NCBI GenBank assembly: GCA_048213135.1
Contig: PS015010.1
Span: 186,001-250,000 of the forward strand
Origin: Reclinomonas americana ATCC 50394
Taxonomy: Eukaryota
Direction: 5' to 3'
DNA length: 64,000 nucleotides
Below the pieces are notes generated by a model. It saw only the letters and a list, made by a program, of their open reading frames with translations. It was not told the DNA's origin and made no database searches. The position numbers and the translations under genes were made by a program. Positions 20,385-29,933 of this stretch are shown here, piece by piece; within the stretch, counting starts at the first letter, position 1, and the number at the start of each line of letters is the position of its first letter.

Positions 20385-21674
20385 ATGAAATATCTTCCGC
20401 TCAATTCCGAAATCTTTGTTCAGAACAGGAAGCGTTTTACCGAACGCATGGACAAAAATGCCATCGCCATCTTCAACAGCAATGATGAACTGCCCATGAA
20501 TGGCGACCAGTTACACAAATTTAAACAGAATGCCGACCTGTACTGGTTAACAGGAATTGAACAGGAAGACAGCATGCTGGTTATTTTTCCTGATAACCCC
20601 GATCCCAAATACAGGGAAGTGCTGGTACTCGTTCGCCCGAATGAACTGAAGGAAAAATGGGATGGGCACCGCCTGCGGGTGGAAGAAGCACGGGCCATCT
20701 CTGGCATACAGACCATCGTTTGGCTGGATGTACTGGACGGGTTACTGCAACCCTGGATCCACCTGGCCGACACCATCTACCTCAACAGCAACGAGAACGA
20801 TCGTAAGGCCAACCTGGTACCCGTAAGGGACTACCGTTATGCGCAGCAAATGAAAGAGCGCTATCCGCTGCACAACTATAAACGCAGTGCCCGCCTGCTT
20901 AAAGATCTCCGCGGTATCAAAACCGCGCTGGAAGTGGAAGTGATGCAGAAAGCAATGGACATTACCGATGTTACTTTCCGCAGGCTGCTGCAGTTCATTA
21001 AACCGGGTGTGATGGAGTACGAAATTGAAGCGGAAATTTATCATTCTTTTCTTTCGCAAAGAGCTACCGGTCCGGCTTACGGCTCCATCATCGCCAGCGG
21101 AGACAGGGCACGTACACTGCACTATGTAGAGAACAGCCGCGAATGTAAAGATGGTGAACTCATATTGATGGATTTTGGCGCCGAATACGGCAACTACTGC
21201 GCCGACCTTACCCGTACGGTTCCGGTGAACGGCAAATTCACCAGGCGGCAGAAAACGGTTTACAATGCCTGTCTGCATTTACACCAGTACGCGGCCAGTA
21301 TTCTCAAGCCCGGCATCAGCATCGTTGATTATACCGAAAAGATAGGAGACGAGGCTACTGTCATTTTCCAAAAGATCGGGCTGTTGAAAAAATCGGATAT
21401 TAAAAACGAAGACCCCGAGAACAGGGCTTACCGCAAATACCTGTACCATGGCATATCGCATCACCTTGGGGTGGATGTACATGACCTGGGTACCCGTACA
21501 GAGCCTATCAGAGCCGGTATGGTATTTACGATCGAACCCGGCATCTATATCGAAGAAGAACAGATGGGCATCCGCATTGAAAATAATTTCTGGGTTACTA
21601 AGAATGGCAACAAAGACCTGATGAAGAATATTCCCATAACTGTGGAGGAGATTGAGGCGTTGATGAAGAGATAA
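20385..21674 (+). CDS. pepP: Xaa-Pro aminopeptidase (peptidase M24B)
   Basis: LHY, DFGAEYGNYCADLTRT, HGISHHLGVDVHD, TIEPGIY, GIRIEN. Confidence 0.93.
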   Translation: MKYLPLNSEIFVQNRKRFTERMDKNAIAIFNSNDELPMNGDQLHKFKQNADLYWLTGIEQEDSMLVIFPDNPDPKYREVLVLVRPNELKEKWDGHRLRVEEARAISGIQTIVWLDVLDGLLQPWIHLADTIYLNSNENDRKANLVPVRDYRYAQQMKERYPLHNYKRSARLLKDLRGIKTALEVEVMQKAMDITDVTFRRLLQFIKPGVMEYEIEAEIYHSFLSQRATGPAYGSIIASGDRARTLHYVENSRECKDGELILMDFGAEYGNYCADLTRTVPVNGKFTRRQKTVYNACLHLHQYAASILKPGISIVDYTEKIGDEATVIFQKIGLLKKSDIKNEDPENRAYRKYLYHGISHHLGVDVHDLGTRTEPIRAGMVFTIEPGIYIEEEQMGIRIENNFWVTKNGNKDLMKNIPITVEEIEALMKR

Positions 21675-21715
21675 ATTATCAATTACGAATTACTAATTAT
21701 GAATTACGAATGATC
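21674..21715. repeat. Heptamer tandem array
   Basis: aattatc aattacg aattact aattatg aattacg aatgatc. Confidence 0.8.
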
Positions 21716-21741
21716 GATCATTTTTCATTCGGCACAATACG

Positions 21742-22506
21742 ATGAAGCAGATTCCAAATATTTTTACGCTTTTGAATTTATTCTTCGGCTGCCTGGCCAT
21801 TACGGTGATCCTGCAGAACGGGATCATTATTCAGTATGATGCGGAAGGGTCGCAACTGATCAATATTCCCGAACGCATCTGGATGGCATCACTTTTTATT
21901 GGTATTGCCGCCGTGGTGGATTTCCTTGATGGGTTTGTGGCCCGGCTGTTCAATGCCACTTCCGAACTGGGCAAACAACTGGACTCGCTGGCCGATGTGG
22001 TGAGCTTTGGCGTGGCCCCATCCATGATACTGTACCAGTTCCTGCGCATGAGCTGGGCCGCGGAAGAGGATGGACTGAATACATCCATCATCTGGCTTAC
22101 ACCCGCATTCCTGCTGGCCTGTGCCGGGGCATACCGCCTGGCCCGGTTCAATATCGACAATTCGCAGCAATATGGTTTCAAAGGCGTACCTATACCCGCC
22201 GCGGGTCTGCTTATCGCTTCCCTGCCACTTATTTACTGGAACCAGTCCAATGCCACCATACACGGTATCCTGCTCAATAAATGGTTCCTCTACGGGCTCA
22301 TCATTGTAGTCAGCTGGCTGATGGTGAGTACACTGCCCCTTATGGCTTTTAAATTTAAAAATTACGGCATCGCCGATAACCTGCCCAAGTATATACTGCT
22401 GGCCATTGCCGTACTGGCCGCCATCTTTTTAGGATGGATGGCTGTTCCGCTGGTGTTCGTTGTCTACATTATTTTATCTTTGCTCTTCAAACAACAGCAA
22501 TCATGA
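21742..22506 (+). CDS. pssA: CDP-alcohol phosphatidyltransferase (phosphatidylserine synthase)
   Basis: PNIFTLLN, DFLDGFVAR...GKQLDSLADVVSFGVAP, RLARFN, FKGVP. Confidence 0.9.
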   Translation: MKQIPNIFTLLNLFFGCLAITVILQNGIIIQYDAEGSQLINIPERIWMASLFIGIAAVVDFLDGFVARLFNATSELGKQLDSLADVVSFGVAPSMILYQFLRMSWAAEEDGLNTSIIWLTPAFLLACAGAYRLARFNIDNSQQYGFKGVPIPAAGLLIASLPLIYWNQSNATIHGILLNKWFLYGLIIVVSWLMVSTLPLMAFKFKNYGIADNLPKYILLAIAVLAAIFLGWMAVPLVFVVYIILSLLFKQQQS

Positions 22507-22748
22507 TATTTACAGTTGACGTTAAAGTAATGCCATTGAAAGACCTGCTCGATCCGCAGGGCAAAGCCGTAATGGGTGGGCTGCAAAACCTGGGCATCGC
22601 CAATGTGGCTGATGTACGTATTGGTAAACACATCAACCTGCAGGTAGACGCCGCCAGCCGCGAAGAAGCGGAAGCCGTTGCCACACAGGCTGCCAAACAA
22701 TTGCTGGCCAACCCTGTAATGGAAGTATTTGAAGTGAGCGTAAACTAA
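22503..22748 (+). CDS. purS: Phosphoribosylformylglycinamidine synthase subunit PurS
   Basis: LLDPQGKAV, VRIGK, LLANPVME; ATG 22503 overlaps the pssA stop. Confidence 0.93.
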   Translation: MIFTVDVKVMPLKDLLDPQGKAVMGGLQNLGIANVADVRIGKHINLQVDAASREEAEAVATQAAKQLLANPVMEVFEVSVN

Positions 22749-22761
22749 CACGCCTTATCCC

Positions 22762-23424
22762 ATGCTGTATATTGTTCCATCGCCGATCGGTAACCTGGGA
22801 GACATCACTTTCAGGGCGATTGAGGTATTAAAACAGGTGGACCTTATACTGGCCGAAGACACCCGCACCTCGGGCATACTGCTCAACCATTACCAGGTAA
22901 GCAAACCCGTATCTCCCTATCACCAGCACAATGAACATAAAGTAGTACAGCACCTGGTGGAGCAGCTCAGTGCCGGTAAAACCATGGCCCTGGTTACAGA
23001 CGCAGGCACACCCGGCATCAGCGATCCCGCCTTCCTGCTGGTACGCGAGTGTGTGAAACACGATATTAAAGTGGAATGCCTCCCCGGCGCCACCGCTTTT
23101 GTTCCGGCCCTGGTCAACAGCGGCCTGCCCGCCAGCAGTTTTTGTTTTGAAGGATTTCCCCCGCTGAAAAAAGGACGGCAGACCTTCTTTAAAAAACTCG
23201 CGGAAGAAGAACGGACTATGATCTTTTATGAAAGCCCGATGCGGCTGCTTAAAACATTGTCCGACTGCATCGCCTATTTCGGCCCCCACCGCCCTTGTTG
23301 CGTCAGCCGGGAACTCACAAAAAAATTCGAAGAAAATAAAAGAGGCAGTCTGCAGGAAGTCCATGACCATTTCAGCAGTAAAGCCGTAAAAGGGGAGATC
23401 GTGATTGTGGTGGCAGGCAGGTAA
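22762..23424 (+). CDS. rsmI: 16S rRNA (cytidine(1402)-2'-O)-methyltransferase
   Basis: PIGNLGDIT, AEDTR, DAGTPGISDP, FYESP, RELTKKFEE, KGEIV. Confidence 0.96.
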   Translation: MLYIVPSPIGNLGDITFRAIEVLKQVDLILAEDTRTSGILLNHYQVSKPVSPYHQHNEHKVVQHLVEQLSAGKTMALVTDAGTPGISDPAFLLVRECVKHDIKVECLPGATAFVPALVNSGLPASSFCFEGFPPLKKGRQTFFKKLAEEERTMIFYESPMRLLKTLSDCIAYFGPHRPCCVSRELTKKFEENKRGSLQEVHDHFSSKAVKGEIVIVVAGR

Positions 23425-23430
23425 CCCTTA

Positions 23431-23460
23431 AAAAGCAAAAGCAGCCCAGAAATGAGCTGC
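23431..23460 (-). terminator. Minus-strand Rho-independent terminator with no protein gene upstream on that strand
   Basis: Minus strand gcagctca-tttc-tgggctgc-ttttgctttt. The stem has a U-G pair on minus but a C-A mismatch on plus. Confidence 0.75.
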
Positions 23461-23553
23461 TAAAATGGGATCGGATAGCTTATTGTTATCGCTCTTCGGT
23501 CTCAACAAAAATTGCGGTGGTCTTCTGCAGGATTTGGACTCAGGTTCTATCAT
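23431..23553 (-). ncRNA. Candidate small non-coding RNA of unknown family
   Basis: Bounded by a near-consensus -7 box (GATTTTTG, 23567-23560) and the strand-specific terminator; both flanking genes are on +. Ends are approximate. Confidence 0.45.
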
Positions 23554-23635
23554 CATATGCAAAAATCCTGCCATTAATCACATTTCACCTCCAGAACATT
23601 CCGTTTTCCCCTATATTCGGCCAAAAATCATAAGA

Positions 23636-25573
23636 ATGAAAAGATCAGCACAGCTATTGCTGGCCGTTGTAATGGGAATGGGCACGCTTAAAGCCCAGCC
23701 CGACCGGTGGCAGCAGAAAGTGAACTATGTGATGAACATAGATATGAATGTAGCATCCAACCGCTTTACCGGTAAACAAAAACTGGTATACAGCAATAAT
23801 TCTCCCGATGTGCTGAAAAGGGTTTTTTATCACCTGTATTTCAATGCGTTCCAACCCAACAGCAGTATGGATGTACGCAGCCAGGAACTGGGTAAGGTGC
23901 TGGTAAACGGCCGCCCCGACTGGGATGGCCGCGTAAAGGACCGCATCTCCAAACTGAAACCCGAGGAGATCGGTTACCAGAAGATCATTTCCCTGAAAAT
24001 GAACGGCGTACCGCAACCTTTTACCGTGCGGGAAACCATACTTGAAGTAAACCTTACCCAACCTATTGCTCCTAAAAGCAAAGTAACCTTTGATATGGAG
24101 TTTGAGGCGCAGGTTCCCCTCCAGATCAGGCGCAGCGGCCGCGATAATCCTACCACCGGCGTCCGTTACAGCATGAGCCAGTGGTATCCTAAAATGTGTG
24201 AGTACGATTATGAAGGATGGCATCCCACGCCTTACATCGCCCGTGAATTTTATGGTGTTTGGGGCGATTATGACGTAACCATCAATATCGATAAACAATA
24301 CAAACTGGGTGGTACCGGTGTACTGGTCAATGCAAAAGACATTGGCTGGGGGTACGATACTCCCGGCAGCGAACTGAAACCAACGGTAACGGATAAACGC
24401 AGCTGGCATTTTGTTGGCAACAATGTACACGACTTTATGTGGGCAGCCGACCCGGAATACAAACACCTGGTACGCAAAATGCCGGGCGCTAATGGTACGG
24501 TACTGCATGTGCTGTACAATTACAAAGAAGACAGTCCTAAAAACGACAGCGCCTGGAATGTGGTAGCCGATGCAGCGGTAAAAGTCCTCCCTTTTATGGA
24601 AGCGCATTTTGGTAAATATCCTTACCCGCAGTACTCTTTTATACAGGGTGGCGACGGAGGTATGGAATATCCCATGGGTACGCTCATTATCGGCCCCAGC
24701 CTGGGTACGGTTTTTCATGAATGGATGCACAGCTGGTACCAGATGATGCTGGGCACCAACGAAAGCCTTTACGCATGGATGGATGAAGGTTTCACCAGTT
24801 ACGCCGATGACCTGATAACTGCTTTTTACCAGGATAAAACCAGCCTGCAGGGTATGCGGGAATCGCTGAAGGCCAACCCAAACAATAAACGTTTGCAGGA
24901 TATGGTGGACATACTCCCCGAGAACCACAGCAGTGCCTATGGCAGTTATTTTTCACTGGCCAAAAGTGGTTTTGAAGAACCCATGACCACGCACAGCGAT
25001 CATTATAATTCCAACTACGGCTACAGTACAGCAGCTTATTCCAAAGGAGAGGTATTCCTGGAGCAACTGGGTTATATCATTGGTGCGGCAGCCCGCGATA
25101 AAGTGTTACTGGAGTACTACCGGCTCTGGCGTTTCAAACATCCCAACAGCAATGATTTTATCCGCGTGGCGGAAAATGTGAGCAATATCCAGCTCGACTG
25201 GTACAGGGAATACTGGGTAAGCACCACCAAAACCATCGACTATGGTATTGACAGTCTCTGGGAAGAAGGCGGTGTATCCAGGATCAGGCTGAAAAGGATA
25301 GGACAGATGCCCATGCCTATTGACCTGCAGCTGACTTTCAGCGATGGCAGCAAAGAGCAGCACTATATTCCGCTGAACCTGATGTTTGGTGAAAAACCAG
25401 CTGAGGACGCCAGTGTTAAACGGGAAGTGCACGATGCCTGGAAATGGACACATCCCACTTATATCATCGAGATCAAACGCCGCCTTACGGAATTAAAAGT
25501 AGCAGAGATTGATCCGTCGAAACGAATGGCTGACCTCGACAGGAAAAATAACATACTAACACTGAACTGGTAA
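23636..25573 (+). CDS. M1 family zinc metallopeptidase
   Basis: Signal peptide from ATG 23636 (MKRSAQLLLAV); GGMEYP, HEWMH, WMDEG, AYSKG. Confidence 0.93.
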   Translation: MKRSAQLLLAVVMGMGTLKAQPDRWQQKVNYVMNIDMNVASNRFTGKQKLVYSNNSPDVLKRVFYHLYFNAFQPNSSMDVRSQELGKVLVNGRPDWDGRVKDRISKLKPEEIGYQKIISLKMNGVPQPFTVRETILEVNLTQPIAPKSKVTFDMEFEAQVPLQIRRSGRDNPTTGVRYSMSQWYPKMCEYDYEGWHPTPYIAREFYGVWGDYDVTINIDKQYKLGGTGVLVNAKDIGWGYDTPGSELKPTVTDKRSWHFVGNNVHDFMWAADPEYKHLVRKMPGANGTVLHVLYNYKEDSPKNDSAWNVVADAAVKVLPFMEAHFGKYPYPQYSFIQGGDGGMEYPMGTLIIGPSLGTVFHEWMHSWYQMMLGTNESLYAWMDEGFTSYADDLITAFYQDKTSLQGMRESLKANPNNKRLQDMVDILPENHSSAYGSYFSLAKSGFEEPMTTHSDHYNSNYGYSTAAYSKGEVFLEQLGYIIGAAARDKVLLEYYRLWRFKHPNSNDFIRVAENVSNIQLDWYREYWVSTTKTIDYGIDSLWEEGGVSRIRLKRIGQMPMPIDLQLTFSDGSKEQHYIPLNLMFGEKPAEDASVKREVHDAWKWTHPTYIIEIKRRLTELKVAEIDPSKRMADLDRKNNILTLNW

Positions 25574-25578
25574 TTGAT

Positions 25579-26100
25579 ATGAACATCATCATCCGCCCCA
25601 TCACTGCTGAAGATGTACCGGCACTGTCTGCTATGGCCAGGGAAACCTTTTACAAAACGTTTACCGGCACCTGCAGTGAAGAAGACATGCAGCAGTTCCT
25701 GGATAAGCATTATAATGAACAGCAACTGCTGAACGAAGTGACTATGGACAATAATCATTTCTTCTTCGCCGTGCTGGACGGAGAGCCTGTGGCGTACCTG
25801 CAATTCATGGAAGATTATTCAGGCCTTCCGCTGATGAAAAAATGGAAAGCACTGGAATTGAAAAGGATCTATGTGCTGGACAAATTCCATGGCCAGGGTA
25901 TTGCGCAGATGCTGATCGAATATTGTATTGACTTCGCGAAGAACAATGGCTACGAAGTAGTGTGGCTGGGTGTTTGGGAGCACAACCTTCGGGCACATAA
26001 ATTTTATGCCAAGTATGGATTTGAAGACTCAGGACATACACACGACTTCCCGATCGGTAACACACCACAGACCGATAACTGGCTCTGGAAATTTTTATAA
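25579..26100 (+). CDS. GNAT family N-acetyltransferase (PaiA-like)
   Basis: LELKRIYV, HGQGIAQML, WLGVWEHNLRAHKFYAKYGF. Confidence 0.9.
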   Translation: MNIIIRPITAEDVPALSAMARETFYKTFTGTCSEEDMQQFLDKHYNEQQLLNEVTMDNNHFFFAVLDGEPVAYLQFMEDYSGLPLMKKWKALELKRIYVLDKFHGQGIAQMLIEYCIDFAKNNGYEVVWLGVWEHNLRAHKFYAKYGFEDSGHTHDFPIGNTPQTDNWLWKFL

Positions 26101-26110
26101 GTTACAACAA

Positions 26111-26147
26111 ACAATAAACCCCGGAAACTACCGGGGTTTGTTATTGT
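26111..26147. terminator. Terminator hairpin between convergent genes
   Basis: aaaccccgg-aaacta-ccggggttt with acaata/tattgt extension. Confidence 0.8.
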
Positions 26148-26172
26148 GCTTGCGATTGGTTGTCGAAAATTT

Positions 26173-26811
26173 TTACCTGCCGAAATACTTGTTTACGGCT
26201 TCCACGCGGTTGCTGACGTGAAGCTTTTCATAAACATGGTATACGTGTTTGCGAACGGTTTCGGAACTGATGGAAAGTTTGTCGGAGATTTCTTTGTACA
26301 GCAGGCCGGTTGACAGCATCTCCAGTATCTCTCTTTCTCTTTTGGACAATACGTCCAGTACGGAGTCAACAGGTGCATTGGCGGGCTTGGTGTTCTGGAA
26401 TGCGGCCACTACCTTCCTGGCGATCTGGCTGCTCATGGGAGCACCGCCATCAATCAATTCACGTATGCCTTCCAGGAGTTTGGGCGGGGCTGTTTTTTTG
26501 AGGATATAGCCATTGGCACCGGCGCTGAGGGCTTCAAATATCTTCTCATCCTCGTCGTAAATGGTACACATCATGAAAAGGATCTCCGGGTGTATGGCTT
26601 TCAGCTCTCTTACAACTTCAATGCCACTGATGCCGCCCAGGCTGATGTCCATCAATACTACCTTAGGTGCAAGGATGGGTATTTTAACAAGGGCTTCTTC
26701 GCCGCTGATGCAGGAGCCGGCAAAACTATAATCTTCAGAGGAGGCGATGATCTCTTCCAGGGCCTGGCGGATATCGTGGTTGTCTTCTACAATTGCTACT
26801 GGGATCTTCAT
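26173..26811 (-). CDS. NarL/LuxR-family DNA-binding response regulator
   Basis: Receiver (IVEDN, LMD, GANGYILK) plus LuxR HTH (LSKREREIL...YKEISDKLSISSETVRKH...EKLHV). Start set at MKIPVAIVED. Confidence 0.93.
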   Translation of the reverse strand: MKIPVAIVEDNHDIRQALEEIIASSEDYSFAGSCISGEEALVKIPILAPKVVLMDISLGGISGIEVVRELKAIHPEILFMMCTIYDEDEKIFEALSAGANGYILKKTAPPKLLEGIRELIDGGAPMSSQIARKVVAAFQNTKPANAPVDSVLDVLSKREREILEMLSTGLLYKEISDKLSISSETVRKHVYHVYEKLHVSNRVEAVNKYFGR

Positions 26812-26875
26812 ATGGCGCAAATTTTCAGAAAAAATGGGAAACCAGCAATACCACAAAGTGGTAAGTGTGCAAAAA

Positions 26876-27514
26876 TTATGAATAAGCGATATACAGGAGA
26901 TACTTCTCCTTAAAAAAATCTTCAGTAAAGATCTTTTCAATCTCCCAAACCATTGGTTTACAGCCACTCTCGAAAACTTCCTGTGTCAGGTCACCCCCTT
27001 TCAGGCAAATAAGCCCATTCGGCACAAAATGCCCCGGGTGCTGTTCTTTATACCGGCGGATGAGGGGCCTGCTCCAGCGCCAGAGATCATTGAGCGGGGC
27101 AACGGCCCTGGAGATCACGGTGTCAAATTTCCTGTTCTTAATATCTTCAGCCCGGCTGTGCTGTACGGTCACATTATCCAGCCCGATGGCTTCGGCGATA
27201 CCGCTCACCACTTTCAGCTTTTTATTGATACTGTCTACCAGGTGAAAATGGGTTTCGGGGAAAAAGATGGCCATGGGAATACCCGGAAAACCGCCGCCGC
27301 AACCCAGGTCCATCACCTCCATACCGGGCATGAACTCAAATTGCGTGGCTATAGCCAGGGAATGGAGCACATGATGCTCGTAGAAATGGTCCATGTCCTT
27401 ACGGGAAATGACATTGATCTTGGTATTCCAGTCGGCATACAATTCTTTCAGGGCCGACAGTTGCTGTAACTGCCGGTCGGAGAACTGGTCAAAATAGCTT
27501 TTTATTATTTCCAC
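26876..27514 (-). CDS. rsmG: 16S rRNA (guanine(527)-N7)-methyltransferase
   Basis: WNTKINVISR, HVLHSL, DLGCGGGFPGIP, SRAVA, LKGG. Confidence 0.96.
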   Translation of the reverse strand: MEIIKSYFDQFSDRQLQQLSALKELYADWNTKINVISRKDMDHFYEHHVLHSLAIATQFEFMPGMEVMDLGCGGGFPGIPMAIFFPETHFHLVDSINKKLKVVSGIAEAIGLDNVTVQHSRAEDIKNRKFDTVISRAVAPLNDLWRWSRPLIRRYKEQHPGHFVPNGLICLKGGDLTQEVFESGCKPMVWEIEKIFTEDFFKEKYLLYIAYS

Positions 27515-28626
27515 GATGGCCTTGGTTTTTTGAACAGGGAAAAAGCAAAGATCAGGTAATAAAAAAACATCCAGATATCGATCAGTAAAAAATACGGGAA
27601 AAGGTCCTGTTCCTTCAATTTCTTCATCACGGGGAAAAAGATAAAGCCCTGCAGCAACACGCGGAAACCCAGCACCGCCAGCGGGTATTGCCAGCCATAA
27701 AAAACCAGGCTCAGTACGAAGAGGGGATAAAACAGGAAATGGGTTAAAGAATACAGCGATAAAAGGAACTGGTGTATGCCTTTATAATGTTTGGCCGTGC
27801 TGTAATGCCTGTTCTTCTGCCTAACCCATTCTTTCCAGTTTTTGGGGGCATGACTGAGGGTAAAACTTTCAGGATGAATGCTGATGGCCGTATTGTTGCG
27901 GGTGGCGGCCATGTTCACAAACAGGTCATCATCACCACTGGGAATATTGTTGTGTGCGGTAAAGCCTTTGTGCCGGAAGAAAAGATCTTTCCGGTAACTC
28001 AGGTTGCGGCCCACACCCATGTAGGGTTTGCCGGCCAGCGCATAAGACAGGTATTGCAATGCGGTATGAAAAGTTTCCCAGCGCACCATTTTATTCAGCC
28101 ATCCTTTCCGCTTGTGATAAGCACCATACCCCAGCACGATCTCTGTTTCAGGACCATAGGCTTCCTGCATCCTGCTGATCCAGAATTCACTTGCCGGAAC
28201 ACAGTCGGCATCGGTAAGCAGTACGATCTCGTATTTAGCCGTTTTGATACCCACGCTCAGCGGGAATTTTTTCCCGGGGATAAGTTTGGCTTCCTGCTTC
28301 AGTTCAATCACATGGAGTTGCTTGTAGGTTTTCTGGAACTCTTCCAGCAGGTATTTACTGTCGTCGAATGAGTTGTCGTTGACCACGATCACTTCGTGGG
28401 TGGTGCGGTATTCCTGTAATAAGGCTCCCGGCAGATTTTTCGCTAAATTTGCAGCTTCGTCGCGGGCACAGATGATCACGGATACAGGGTGTGTCTGGGA
28501 TGTGGACCTGGGCTTCGCTTTGTAGACCGCCAGCCTCAGAAAGAAAAAAAGGTAATAAAAAACCTGGACCAGGGCTACAAGGCAAAACGCGTAAAAAAGC
28601 AGTTGCCACCAATGGGTAAAATTCAT
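27505..28626 (-). CDS. Glycosyltransferase family 2 membrane protein
   Basis: VSVIICARDE, VVNDNSFD, GKK, TDADC, SGDDDL, QKNRH; N- and C-terminal TM segments. Start set at MNFTHWW. Confidence 0.9.
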   Translation of the reverse strand: MNFTHWWQLLFYAFCLVALVQVFYYLFFFLRLAVYKAKPRSTSQTHPVSVIICARDEAANLAKNLPGALLQEYRTTHEVIVVNDNSFDDSKYLLEEFQKTYKQLHVIELKQEAKLIPGKKFPLSVGIKTAKYEIVLLTDADCVPASEFWISRMQEAYGPETEIVLGYGAYHKRKGWLNKMVRWETFHTALQYLSYALAGKPYMGVGRNLSYRKDLFFRHKGFTAHNNIPSGDDDLFVNMAATRNNTAISIHPESFTLSHAPKNWKEWVRQKNRHYSTAKHYKGIHQFLLSLYSLTHFLFYPLFVLSLVFYGWQYPLAVLGFRVLLQGFIFFPVMKKLKEQDLFPYFLLIDIWMFFYYLIFAFSLFKKPRPSWK

Positions 28627-28692
28627 TCGGCAAAAATAACAGTAATCAGTAATAACATCATAGATTTTTAGTACCGCACGACCATTTTCATT

Positions 28693-29832
28693 ATGCCAAC
28701 ACTTTCTTTCGAACTGCAGCATACCGACACCATTACCAAGGCCCGGGCAGGCAGGATCACTACCGACCACGGGGAGATACTTACACCGATTTTTATGCCT
28801 GTGGGAACGGTGGGCAGCGTAAAAGCCGTTACGCAGCAACAGTTAAAAGAAGAGGTAAAGGCGCAGATAATCCTGGGTAACACGTACCACCTGTATCTGC
28901 GCCCCAAACTGGAAGTGCTGGAGGCTGCAGGCGGGCTGCATCGTTTCAATGGCTGGGACCGTCCCATCCTTACCGACAGTGGCGGATACCAGGTTTTTTC
29001 CTTATCCAATAACCGCAAACTCACCGAGGAAGGCGCCATATTTCAAAGCCATATCGACGGCAGCAAACACCTGTTCTCGCCGGAGAACGTTATGGATATA
29101 CAACGCACCATTGGGGGCGATATCATTATGGCTTTCGACGAATGCCCGCCTTACCCCAGCGACTATACCTACGCAAAAAAAAGTATGGAGCTTACGCACC
29201 GCTGGCTCGACAGGTGTATCGGGCGTTTTACGGAAACACCCGATAAGTATGGCTATACACAAAACCTCTTCCCGATCGTACAGGGCAGCACCTATAAAGA
29301 CCTGCGTACCGCCTCAGCGGAATACATCGCTTCCAAAGGAGCGCCGGGTAATGCCATTGGCGGACTCAGCGTAGGAGAGCCGGTTGAAGTGATGTACGAG
29401 TTTACCGAACTGTGCTGCGATATTTTACCGGCTGATAAACCCCGTTATCTTATGGGCGTGGGCACACCCTGGAACATACTGGAAGGCATAGACAGGGGCG
29501 TGGATATGTTCGACTGTGTAATGCCCACCCGCAACGGGCGCAACGCGATGCTGTTTACCAGCAAAGGCGTTATTAATATCGACAACAAGAAATGGGAAAA
29601 GGATTTTTCTCCTCTTGATGATGGTATCGACTGTCCCATGAGCAATTATTACAGCAAAGCCTATGTTCGTCACCTGATGAAAGCGGGCGAATACCTGGGC
29701 CTCACCATTGCCAGCGTGCATAACCTGGCTTTCTATCTCTGGCTGGTGGGCGAAGCGAGGAAACATATCCTGGCGGGTGACTTCCACAGCTGGAAAATAC
29801 AGATGGTGGAACAGCTGCAGCAACGCCTCTAG
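28693..29832 (+). CDS. tgt: tRNA guanosine(34) transglycosylase
   Basis: TPIFMPVGT, NTYHL, TDSGGYQVFSL, AFDEC, GGLSVGE, YLMGVG, DMFDCVMPTRNGR. Confidence 0.97.
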   Translation: MPTLSFELQHTDTITKARAGRITTDHGEILTPIFMPVGTVGSVKAVTQQQLKEEVKAQIILGNTYHLYLRPKLEVLEAAGGLHRFNGWDRPILTDSGGYQVFSLSNNRKLTEEGAIFQSHIDGSKHLFSPENVMDIQRTIGGDIIMAFDECPPYPSDYTYAKKSMELTHRWLDRCIGRFTETPDKYGYTQNLFPIVQGSTYKDLRTASAEYIASKGAPGNAIGGLSVGEPVEVMYEFTELCCDILPADKPRYLMGVGTPWNILEGIDRGVDMFDCVMPTRNGRNAMLFTSKGVINIDNKKWEKDFSPLDDGIDCPMSNYYSKAYVRHLMKAGEYLGLTIASVHNLAFYLWLVGEARKHILAGDFHSWKIQMVEQLQQRL

Positions 29833-29933
29833 CGTTAGTCAACCGTTAACAAAAATCCGGTCTTGTGGCACAATAATTGGAAAACAGGGGTGTTAATTTT
29901 ATATTTACCTAAATTACCTTTAAAACAGTTGAC

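Noticed and set aside
22503-22748. purS separated from purQ/purL as sign of a broken pathway
   Set aside because: Dispersed pur genes are common in Bacteroidota and the ORF is intact.
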